Below are positions 52,901 to 64,000 of a stretch of 64,000 nucleotides of DNA, one piece after another (position 1 is the first letter of the stretch; every line of letters begins with the position of its first letter). A model generated the notes under the pieces. The model did no database searches and was not told where the DNA came from. It was given only the letters and a program-made list of their open reading frames with translations. Made by a program: the position numbers and the translations under genes. The stretch lies in the NCBI GenBank assembly GCA_951406725.2, contig OX597815.1, forward strand, positions 60,202,001-60,266,000, in the 5' to 3' direction. This DNA comes from Octopus vulgaris (Eukaryota).

Positions 52901-53060
52901 ATTCTACCAATTACATACGTTTTTATTATTTTTTTTGCAATTTACTCAATCATTGATATTTTATTGTTATTATAATTTTAATACTTCTATTATATGTAGT
53001 GTTCTAGATGGTGTAGTTTAATTGTTCCTTTTGAATTGATAGAAGGTGGGTTTTTTAATG

Positions 53061-53119
<59 letters not shown>

Positions 53120-53153
53120 CATATATATATATATATACACATACATATATATA

Positions 53154-54400
53154 CAGAGGTTGGAAAAATTTATGGAAACACCTAATATTTTCAAACAAAT
53201 TTATTTTATGATAGGGTAGGACGCCTTTGAAAGTAATTACAGCTTGAATTCTACGAGCTATGGATTAATACAGAGGAATTTTTGTCCATTCTTCAGCTAA
53301 AACACTCTCCAGTTCTTGTAGTGATGATGGTGGAGGATATCGACTCCTTACTTGTTTTTCGCAAATGCATCGTAATTGTTCAATAACATTGAGATGTGGG
53401 GACTGTGGTGGCCAGATGAGATGTTCAACTTCACTAGAATGTTCCTCGTGCCATTCAGTAACAACTTTAACTGTGTGAATCGCTACATTATCATTCTGAA
53501 AGATTGTTTCCCTCCGGAAACAGTTCCGCAATCATAGGATGGATTTGATCAGATAAAATGCTTAAATAATCTTGGGTGTTAATTCTATCATGAAGGGAAA
53601 CAATTGGGCCGACGGATTTCCAAGATATAGCTCGCAGATCATCACAAATCCTCCTCCATGTTAAACAGTTGGAAGAAGGCAATGTGGGTTAAATTCTTCT
53701 TTTGGCTGTCTCCACGCGTATACTCGGCCGGTGGTCGGAAATAAGGTAAAGGACGACTCATCCGAGGAAATAACATTCTTCCACTGCTCGAGGGACCAAT
53801 TCCGTAGGTTTTTACTCCACTCTAAACGTTTTGCAAGGTTTGTTTTTGAAAGTAGTTGTTTTCTGATTGCAGCCCTCCCGTGAAATCCGGTTTTGTGCAG
53901 CTCCTAGAGAATTGTTTTTGTAGAAATTGGGTTCTCGAGGTGGTCATTAAGCTCTGCAGTAATTTTGGGAGCTGCACATTTGTGATCCTTTCTAACAATT
54001 CGCTAAGAGCCCAATGGTCCCTATCTGAAAATTTTGGTTTTCTTCCAGAGTTTTGCTTCGACGAGGTTTTTCCCTCTTTCTCAAAGTCTATCATTACTTC
54101 CGAGACAGTACTTCTTGATACATCACACATTTCGGCTGTTTTCCTTACGCCAGCGCCTGCCATAGGAGCACCAACAATTTGATCTCTTTGTATGTCCGGT
54201 AGATCTGTCATTTTAATGAATTTTAATTACCTTTTTCTGATGATATCTGAAAAGAAACAGCAATATTAGAATAACATATTAAGCAACACTAATAATAAAT
54301 AAAAAAGCATAAAAATAAACATGCTTTTGACAGTTTTATAGTTATTTCAAAATTATGATGCCATGATGGTATGTGCTTCCATTATTTTGTCCAACCACTG
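53154..54400 (-). mobile_element. Tc1-family DNA transposon with both TIRs and a frameshifted transposase (54211-53265)
   Basis: TIRs cagaggttggaaaaatttatggaa / ttccattattttgtccaaccactg. HTH..SGRKPK; DDE region SDESSF, FQNDN, WPPQSPHLNVIE. Confidence 0.92.
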
Positions 54401-54404
54401 CGTG

Positions 54405-54444
<40 letters not shown>

Positions 54445-54554
54445 TTCTATAGATATTAGTATAATTAGTTTATATAATGGATTTGAGTATATTTGAACTA
54501 TTTCCAATTTTTTATTGTATTATTCATGAATAGTAATAGTATATACATATACAT

Positions 54555-54920
54555 ACATACATACATATAAGAGGGATGACCTGTAAGTGGGCACCCTTTA
54601 TTCTATCATCTTGATTTAGGAGATGAGACCGAGGATAGGGGACTATACACGTCTCGTGTATAGTTGTTCAAATTATATTTGCGAAGACGATCACACTGAT
54701 GAGTTACTGACAATTACGTAAATGATTACGTAAGCGATAACAACGTAACCTGGTTTGTGATTAATCTATATTTTGTATCTTTTCATTTGTCTTGCTTGCT
54801 TACGTTCTGGCGTTTGCTAAATTTTCTTGAGAACATTCCTTTCTTAGTGGGAGGACCATAGCGGATCTTCTTCCAGCATAATGGATGTCCACTTACAGGT
54901 CATCCCCCTTATATGTATGT
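54555..54920 (+). mobile_element. Short TIR-bounded non-coding element with a central HHR (54690-54761)
   Basis: About 45-bp IR acatacatataagagggatgacctgtaagtgggca / tgtccacttacaggtcatcccccttatatgtatgt. HHR ATCACA-CTGATGA-GTT..AAC-G(T)AA-CCTGG-TT-TGTGAT. Confidence 0.7.
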
Positions 54921-55264
54921 AATATAATTTTTTCTGAAACTTCAGATTTTTCAATATGTTAGACCACTGGTTTTAAAGTGATATTAATCAAATTAATATT
55001 CAATTTTTCAGCCTTATTATTTAAAATTTTATATATATATATATATCCTTACTAACACACAAAATGTTGATTATTTTCTTGTTCGTTGTATGACCTATAG
55101 ATATGTACTAGTGTGTTGTGTGTTTGTGGTTGTGTGTGCCTGTGCGTGCTTGTGTGCGCGCGCGTGAATGTGTTTATATATATATATATAAACACATTCA
55201 CGCGCGCACACACACGCACGCACAGGCACACACAACCACAAACACACTAGTACATATCTATAGG

Positions 55265-55319
<55 letters not shown>

Positions 55320-55325
<6 letters not shown>

Positions 55326-55644
55326 TAATCCAAACAAGAAAACAAAAAGACAACAACGCAAGGATGTGGAACAAATAAAGTATTATTGGACGCTCAGGAA
55401 AGAAGGGAAGAAGGAGGGCTTGACTTTTCGAGCGGAGCTCTTCGTCGGAAACATAGGAGAAAGAAAGATCCCGAGACGGGAGGACAGAGGGAAAAAAATC
55501 GCTGGTGGTATTCACGAGGTCACATACTAAAAAGACGGAAGTGGTAAAAATGGAGGAAGATGTTTTTAAAAACAAGAGAGCTATATCAAAGAAGGAATGG
55601 TAAAAAAGGTGTGCGAGATGACAAGTGTGTGTGTGTGAGTGTGT

Positions 55645-55678
<34 letters not shown>

Positions 55679-56462
55679 TGGACAATGGCTAGTAGCAGGC
55701 AGTAGTAGAATTAAGGAGTGGTGTGGGGGTACCCTAGCAAGTCAGAAAGGCAGGTCAGAAACAGGGAGGTATGTGTGTGTGCGTGTATATGTATCGTGTG
55801 TGTGTTTTGTTGTAGTGTGTGTGTGTGTACGTGTGCGTTTTTTGTGTGTATGGCGAGTAACTGTGCTTAACTTAGTGTATGTGTGTGTGTGCTTGTACGT
55901 GCGTGTGTGTGTATATATACGTATGTATGATTGTGTGCGTGTATGTATGTGTGTGCGTGTATGTATGGTTGTGCGCCGTATGGGATGTATGTGTGGGTTC
56001 ATTTGTGTGTGTGTGCGTGTGCGTGTGTATGTATGTGCGTGTAGTTGTGTGTGCGTGTATGTGTGCGTTTGTATGTGTGTGTGTGTAAGCGTAAATGGAT
56101 GTATATGCGTGTATCCGTGAGGTTGTGAGTTTCTTTTTGCGCGTGTGGGTGCGTGGGTGTGCGCATGTTTTGGTGTGCGTATGTATATGTGTGTCTGTGC
56201 TTATATGTGTGTACGTATATGTATGTGTGCGTGCGCGTGGGGGTATATGTTGTATGTATGTATGTATGTGCGTGTGTGTACAAATGTAGGGGTTTATATG
56301 TGTGTTTATATGTTATATGTGTGTATATATATGCATGCAAGGACACACTTCGCAACTGAAAGATTGATGGAAAAGACTCTTGCGGTGCGGGCGCATGCGA
56401 ATCTACAGGCACACACGCACACGCTCCGACGTCCGCCCGAAATAAAGCCAGATCCCACAGGC
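55320..56462 (-). mobile_element. PLE 3' remnant invaded by (GT)n, with a decayed minimal HHR at 55418-55453
   Basis: GIY-YIG C-terminus-like ..QES...IFQLRSV near 56340-56400. Revcomp TTTC-CGACGA-AGAG-CTCCG-CTC-GAAA. Confidence 0.5.
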
Positions 56463-56885
56463 ATGCGTGCATGCATGTATGTATGTGTGCGTGCGCGCGC
56501 GCATGCATGTGTGCGCGTGTGCATGCGAGTGTGTATATAGGTATATGTGTGTGTATGTATGTATGTATGTGTGAGTGTGTATGTGTGTATGTCTGTGTGT
56601 ATGTATGTCCGTATGCGTGTATGTAAGTATGTGTGTGTGTGTATGTGTATTTGTATGTGTGTATGTGTGTGTGCGTGTATGTATGTGTGTATGTATGTAT
56701 GTATGTATGTATGTGTGTGTATGTGTGATTGTATGTATGTATGTATGTGTGTATGTGTGTAAGTGTGTGTGTATGTATGTATGTATGTATGTATGTATGT
56801 GTGTGTGTATGTGTGTATGTGTGTATGTGTGTGTGTATGTATGTATGTATGTGTGCTATATATATATATATATATATAGTAAAGT

Positions 56886-57023
56886 TTATATGCCAAGAGT
56901 ATGTGGAAGTCCTATAAAGAATGATGTTACTGTTGTTTTAGTACCATAAAAACGTCTTTTCAAGGGGCTAAAACAACAATAACATCGTCCTATATAGGAC
57001 TGCCATATTCTGTTGGCATATAA
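56886..57023. repeat. About 140-bp imperfect palindrome (MITE-like hairpin)
   Basis: ttatatgccaa..gtcctata..gatgttactgttgttttag / ctaaaacaacaataacatc..tataggac..ttggcatataa. Confidence 0.7.
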
Positions 57024-57093
57024 TCTGTTGGCATATAATCCAGTACTGTTACTGTATATCTCTCGCTCAAAGATTTAAAATAAGTTGTTTCTT

Positions 57094-57128
<35 letters not shown>

Positions 57129-57879
57129 ATATATATATATATAGAGAGAGAGAGAGGGGGAGGGAGAGAGAGGGGGAGGGAGAGAGAGGGGAGAGAGAGT
57201 GAGAGAGTGAGAGTGTATGTGTGTGTTTTCTTGAAAACATGTACATTGATGACATTGCTGTTTTCTATTTCTTATTTCTAGGTCGAAACTCTAACGCTTT
57301 TAAGTTTACATCTCCTCTATCCTCGGTCTCATCTCCTAAATGAAATGATATTAGTGGCGGTTTGTATAGATGGTAAAGGATCACGAGAATATTGTGATAT
57401 CAGATGAAATCGTCCATGTTTGATTAACTACTGACAATTTTCAATAGTTTTTGTCATGCGTGCATTTTGTAGGTCGAATTTGGGTTCTTACTGTAACCTT
57501 AAGTTTTATTTACGATTACGTAGGGGTGTCATCACGCACTTGGGATATCACGCCGTCAAGTACTATGTACTTATGTTTATATCTATGTATATGTATTTAT
57601 CTATCTAGATATATTTCTGTGCATGTGCAACATAAAAACGTTTCTGCGTATGCTTATGAGAATGTGTCAGTGTGTGCCGAGTTGTGCTATCAATGTTTGC
57701 TGTATGACGACAAAGGCTCCCTAATTCCTTTGTCAACAACTTCAAACATCAGTTAACGCAGACTTAGCGAAATATACGCTCAACGCAGGCTACAACTTAT
57801 ATATACAGAGCCAAATAAAGAAATATAGATAGGATTGTATAATATAGAAAATAATATAATATATTTCATCTAATCAGGC

Positions 57880-58600
57880 TCTGCAGTGACTACCATGACT
57901 TTGAGACTCAGTATCAACTCATCCTACGTGGATATCCCCTCACTATTATGCACACCGCCCTTGCCAGAGTACGTCCCATGGACCGTGCATCTGCTCTCTC
58001 CTCCGCATCCTCATCGCCGTCACCCGTCTCCCGTTTCCCCTTACCTACCACCCCACCAACCTACCTCTCCAACGCACCATTCTCCAAGCCTTCCGGCGAC
58101 CCCAGTCTGACCCCCCACTTCGCACATCTTCCCTAACCGATTCCTTCCCTCCTTCAAATGAGCCCATAACCTACACGACCTCTTGGTCCACAGCTTCTTC
58201 CCTAATCCTACCTCCCAACCCGGCTCGTTCTCCTGCTCTCACCCATGCTGTCGCACTTGCCCTTACCTCTCTAACACCACCCTCCTCACAGGCACCCATC
58301 ATCGTCCTTCACCTGCACTTCTAGCAACGTCATCTACTGCATCTCCTACTCTCTCTGTCCTTCTCTATACATCGGTCTAATGGGACGCCGATCGGCTGAC
58401 CAGTTCGCGGATCACCTCGGAAACATCAGACTCGGTAACAACACTTCGGTCTCACACCATTTCCGCTCTACCGGTTATTCTTTACAACACCTGTGTTCGG
58501 ATTGTCCTTGCACAGGGGCCATCCGGACTCCCGTCTTCGCCGTGAGCAAGGATTAATCTTCTCTCTTCGCTCCTTTGCGCCATATGGGCTCAACTCTCCT
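57880..58600 (+). mobile_element. Decayed C-rich PLE (thumb + GIY-YIG)
   Basis: RGYP, TYHP, NLHDLLVHS, GSFSCSHPCCRTCPY, FTCTSSNVIYCI...C..LYIG..GR..ADQF.DH, RLRREQ.LIFSL....PYGLN. Confidence 0.85.
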
Positions 58601-58959
58601 CCCCTCTTCCTCTCTCCTCTCTTCCTCTCACACCTACTCCTCCCACCCACCTCTCCTCTCTTGCTCTGACACCTACTTCCTCTCTTCACTCCTACTCACC
58701 TTCTCCCTTCATCGTTACCTCTCCCTCGTTACTCCACACCTACACATTCCAACCTCACCATCCCTACACATCCTATCCCACCCCACCCATGCTTCCCCAG
58801 TCTTGCCTCCCCTACACTCCAACACCACAACACCGCACCACACACCACCATCCCCACCACACACCACCATACCACACCACACCACATCACACCACACCAA
58901 CGCACACACTAGCACTGACCACTTCCCAGCACAGATATGTATAACAATGGTTTACAAAA

Positions 58960-59408
58960 GTGTCTTGGAAGGTGAAAACAAATTTCTTGAACTCCGAACT
59001 TTCTTTTTAATGTTTAATAAATCGTGTTCAAAATTCTCCAATGCTTTAATCTCCGGCAGGAATTTTCTTGAATTGAATTCAAATTTTGCACTAGGAAATT
59101 CATCATGGGATACTAGAATATGTTAACTGGAATTGGTTCCAAACTGTACACCATTTAAATTGAAGCAAACTTTCATACCAGCGTGTTGTTGAACAAACAA
59201 ATCAACAAACTTAACTGGGTATCAACTTCTTCAAATTCTCAGTACATTTCTAGTAACTCTATCAAAGGCTTTGGATTGTTCAACAAAAAATTGCTAACGT
59301 TGAAGTATCCGTTCTACACACTTTCCCAGCAACTGTCTGAGACTAAAGATCTGTGATGCCCCTTACAACCTAAATCCACTCTGAGAACCTGGGACAATTG
59401 GTGGAACA
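58960..59408 (-). mobile_element. RTE RT fragment (59120-59408) adjoining a Naiad-like N-terminal fragment (58960-59120)
   Basis: SQSGFR..IFSLRQL.GKC.E..F....KAFDRV; FEFNSRKFLPEIKALENFEHDLL. Confidence 0.55.
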
Positions 59409-59547
59409 TATATATATATATATATTTTATATTATCTATCTCTATTTCTTATATATATCATTGGTGTGTGTGCATAAATGTCTATTGTGTGTGTATTACT
59501 CTGTATCTGTTCTATTTACTATTATCTTTCCTCCCTTCTGTCTTTAG

Positions 59548-61350
59548 TTATGTGGTGTGGTGGTGGATGTTACTGTTCCATTCGTGTTTTCTATCGAAGG
59601 TCGGTCTGTCTACAGCTTTGTGTCTAAGTGTTGCGTCAATTTTATGCGTTGATAATACTTTAACCTCTATGCTATCAATCGAACTTCCATGTTCTGCCTG
59701 AGCATGTTGGTAGAGCACTGGTGAGTCTTTTTCTTCTCTGAGCTCATGCCAATGTACACCTATACGTTCTCCTATGCTATGTGCAGTCTCTGCAATGTAG
59801 GCAGTTGTCATGTTTCTGCACCATCCATCAGTAAATCGTAGGCTATACACTACATTCCAAATCTTACAGCTAGCCCGTGGGTTCATCCTACATACAACAC
59901 AATTGTTCCTCGTACATGGTGACTTATAAAAGGGATAGGTTCTACAGATCAGGGATTTTATGGGGGCACCAGGCCTCTCTACTACTTTAATCCATAGATT
60001 AGCCATACTTAATGTTTTTCTAAAAAGATATGCTAGTTCGCCGCCAGAGGTTGCATCGACGAACATGACGCTCTGGTATTTCTTGTCGTACCAAGAGTTG
60101 GCCTTATCTGTCTTATTTCTGGTCCTCTCTGTACTGCGGGATGTTCCACTTAACATCACTCTCTATGATGGCTTAGTACTTAGTCCTGGTTCCTTTGTAC
60201 ACTCTAATCCTCTCCCTTTGATTGTAGCCTGAGAACTGCATACGGCGGATGAAGTGTTGTATGTGTCTTTCCAATTCCATAGTGTTGCACGCGCGAGACA
60301 CATTCCTCATCACTCTCATCAAGTCAGCTATAAGAATGTTGAACTTGGCGTTGTCCTCAATCGTTGCGTTCTTGAGAACAAAGTACTTAGAGGCCATAGG
60401 TTTGGCATGATGAGCGTGAAGGATCTGGACCTTACCATTATTCGTTCCTAGCCAGAGTTTGTGTCTAAAACGGGTTTGGATGCTTACTAGGGTAGTCTAT
60501 CGTTATTTCAATACTCTGGTGGATGGAGTTAGCTATTTGCTGGATGCTCTCCATAGTGTCAGCTTCTCGATCATCGACATTGTCTTGTAGAGCTGCTTTG
60601 GCTACTATGTTGATATCATCCACATAGCAGGAGTAGATGGTTAGATTTATGGAGTTTTCTTCTAATTTCTCGTTAAATCTCCTATTCCACCTTACCATAA
60701 AGAGGTTAGCCACATCGCTAGCGATACTGACACCAATGGCTGCACCTTCCTCTTGGTCGTATATCTTGTTATTAAACTTAAATATATGGCCTTTGAATGT
60801 GGTCTTGGTACTCGCACCCACCGCACGTGTGACCATCTTTTTAACCTGATCATTGTTTTCGGGGGGTCCGTATAAATCTGGTCCACTCGTTCCATCTCTC
60901 TTTAGGGGTCTTCTTTGCCATAGAAGTTATAGTAGGGGGTCTACCTCTTATCGATCTAGTGGGGAAGAAACAATTAAAGTCAAGTAATCATTGTCGAGTG
61001 TCAGTCTCAAGAGGAGGCCTAGTTCTTCTGTGTCAACGCCACGAAACTCCACATCACTCTTGCTGATCAACCCCACACATTTCTCCACAGCAAAATCCAC
61101 ATTAATGGATGGGTATAGGGATACTACGTCCATACTGCCTATTATGCACCCCGTCAGGTCGTAGGCATGGTTGCACTCATTGATTCTGTTGAGGAGGTCC
61201 TCCATGCTGTCACACACATCTGGGGACATTTTTATCACAGGGTGTATGACCATTGAGAGGAAGTAGAAGATCCGGTAGTTGTTGGCAACATTGGCTCCGC
61301 AGACCGGTCTGGTCGGTGGTCCTCTCATTGGGTCAGTGGTTATCTTATGG
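59548..61350 (-). mobile_element. Decayed PLE of a further lineage (possibly Nematis-like), RT + GIY-YIG in 4-5 frameshifted pieces
   Basis: TRPVCGA, GSMDVVSLYPSI, YDQEEGAAIG, YVDDI, DYPSKH, KPMAS, FSGY, VMFVDATSGG.LA, IKVVERPG, C....C.VC, NVVY, YIAET..S..ER...H. Confidence 0.85.
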
Positions 61351-62783
61351 TATATATATATGTATATATATGCACACACAGAGAGGACAATTAAAAAAGG
61401 GTAGTGAATTATTAACTTCAGTGGTAGGAATTCAATATCAGGTTGAACAAATGAATGCTCATCGCTGACAGTGACGGAGAATCCACTACCAAAACTATGC
61501 TGATGGAATAAACATCTTGATTTTACTTCATCTCTCTCGCTCTCTTTCTCTTCTTTCTTTCCTCTAGTCTCGCATTCTCAATTCCTCTCTCTCCTTCTTC
61601 CTTCTCTTTCTGTCGATCTCTCTTCCTCGTGCTTTATCCTTCCTTTTGTTTGTTACACTTGTTCCTCTTTTCCTTTATATCTTCTACATAAAAACCCTAC
61701 TTTACTCCCTCTCCCTTTCCCTATCTCTCTCTATTTACATTCTCATCTCTTTATCTCTCTTTTCCTCATGCTTCTCATCCGTTTTTTCTCTTTATCTCCC
61801 CTCTTAACACTTACACACTCTCCCTCCCTCTGTAATCTGCTCTCCTTCTCACCACTACTTTCCCCTTTCACTTTCTCTCCATTCTCTTTCTCTCCTCTTC
61901 CCATTTACTCTTCTCATCTCTACCATATTGTCTCTCTCTCTCTTTTCCCATCTCTCTTCCCATCCTTTACTTTTTCTTTCCCTCTCACACTCACTTTTCT
62001 GACAAATCCACTAAAACTGAAGCTGAATTTCTCTCTCTCACTCTCTCTCTCTCTCACGTTGTCTTTCGCTATACCAATCTCTTTCTTCCTATCGATTTGC
62101 TTCTCTCCTTTCCCTTCTTTCTTTTCTCTGTACAGAAACAAACACACACACAAACACACACACACACTCACACACATAAACACACACAGATGTATTGATA
62201 GATAAATACATCGATAAATAGATAGGTAGAGAGATAGATAGATATAGATGATAAATACACACACACACGCCTCGTCTTCTCTTTCGCGACTTCGTCCCTC
62301 GTTAAGCAATACAACAGAGGCTCACATTTTGTGAGAGAAAGGAAGGAAACAAAAAAGAATAAAACAAAAACAAAACAAAATTAACACGGACAAAAAATTT
62401 AAAAATATAAAAGTAAAAATACCAAAAGCAACAGATATAAATAAAAAAGAAGAGACAGCACAACTATAAAAATATATAAAACAAATATAACGTCGGAAAA
62501 TAAAAAAAAGCAAAAATTGTAAAGATATTTAAAAAGGAAAATATAAAATAAAATAATAAATTGTCTGAAGTGTTGCACCACATGATTAATTATAATTGAC
62601 TTAATGAATCGGAAAGGGCTATTTCCCGACAATTCTTAACACTTTGGTATACGTGTGTGCAAGTGTATTCTTGTATGTGTGTACGTGTATTTGTACGTGT
62701 GTGTGTTTGTGTAGGTGTTACCGTGAATATGTTTGTGTGTGTTCTATATATATAAATATATATATATACACACATACATATAC

Positions 62784-62888
<105 letters not shown>

Positions 62889-62904
62889 TATATGCATATA
62901 TGCC

Positions 62905-62973
<69 letters not shown>

Positions 62974-63246
62974 ATACACAAACACATACATACAGACATA
63001 CATGTTTGTGTCAGTAACTGCAATGTGTGAGCATGTATATGTGTATGTGTGTTTGTAAATATGTGATTATGACCTATGTGTAGGTGCACGCATATACAAA
63101 CACATACACACACTTACACTCACACATACATACAAGCACACAAACATATACAAATGTATGTCTAGCAGTATTGCAGTATACATATACTCGTATGTGCTTG
63201 TGTATACATATACACATGCATATACATACACACCCACACACACACG

Positions 63247-63281
<35 letters not shown>

Positions 63282-63298
63282 GTATATATGTGAATATT

Positions 63299-63330
<32 letters not shown>

Positions 63331-63392
63331 CATACATATGTGTGCATATATATATGCATATACACATACATACATATATGGGTATATATATA

Positions 63393-63432
<40 letters not shown>

Positions 63433-63517
63433 TATAATGTGCATACATATATACGTATACGTACATACGTATGTGTGTGTGTGTGTGTGCGCGTGTATAT
63501 TTGTATACTTGCGTGTA

Positions 63518-63549
<32 letters not shown>

Positions 63550-64000
63550 AATGTGCCTGCGTGTTCCTTCGAGAATTTGTGCAATGATATGAGCATGTGC
63601 GCCAATTAATGTATTTGTGTGCTTGTGTGCATGTTGTTAATGTATGTGTATATAATGTGGAAGTGTGAAGTTTCGAATGTGATTGTTGCCAGGCAACCAA
63701 TACGGTAATTGAACGCCGTTGTATAATCTGCCAGTCTGTCCGCCTGCTTGCCTGTATGTCTGAGCGGCAGTTTGTCGTTCTGTTTCGGATTTATTTGGAA
63801 ATCCTTACTCTAACTATTAAATTTACAGCACAACCCCATCACCACCACCACCACCACCACCACCAAAACAACAAAAACAACAACAACAACAACAACACCA
63901 CCACCATCACCACCACCACCACCACCACCACCACCACCACCACCACCACCACAACCACAACCACAACCACAACCACAACCACCACCACCAAAACCTGACC

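Larger units (their letters stand above)
48040..53060 (+). mobile_element. Naiad-like PLE with a 5'-inverted pLTR (48040-48560 vs 52365-53060)
   Basis: Frameshifted ORF about 48600-49969: DV.FNL..G, SNHPP, KRIS.LS, YNKAL.EAGY, IWLIIPF, GYST..N, CTCR...C...CNL.NVVYRC, IYIGST, TGLS.YIW, CSLC, KCKH. The inverted arms include an HHR. Confidence 0.88.

Overview
Eukaryotic, AT-rich window saturated with repeats, with no confidently identifiable host gene. The SINE families, the (TAA)n-targeting R4/Dong LINEs and the extreme microsatellite load point to a cephalopod (octopus-like) genome; this is an inference. Contents: about 8 Penelope-like retroelement (PLE) copies or remnants from several lineages (one with an uninterrupted RT + GIY-YIG frame, several Naiad-like), about 10 R4/Dong-type RLE LINE fragments in (TAA)n, RTE LINE pieces, tRNA-derived SINEs, Tc1 and mariner transposons, MITE-like hairpins and many microsatellites. 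Most notable: (1) about 13 type-I hammerhead ribozyme (HHR) motifs read by eye, including G3-C8 and U3-A8 core-swap variants, several of them inside short non-coding elements with inverted termini (candidate 'fold-back retrozymes'); (2) a PLE whose RT frame has no upstream ATG and overlaps an SR/basic uORF at a U7 slippery site that is also a splice-acceptor match; (3) an ORF1-only (HAL1/Tx1-like) retroelement inserted with a TSD into the tRNA head of a SINE that itself sits inside an R4/Dong LINE; (4) a covarying multi-hairpin RNA shared by three divergent RTE 5' UTRs. All RNA folds were derived by hand, and repeat boundaries are approximate.
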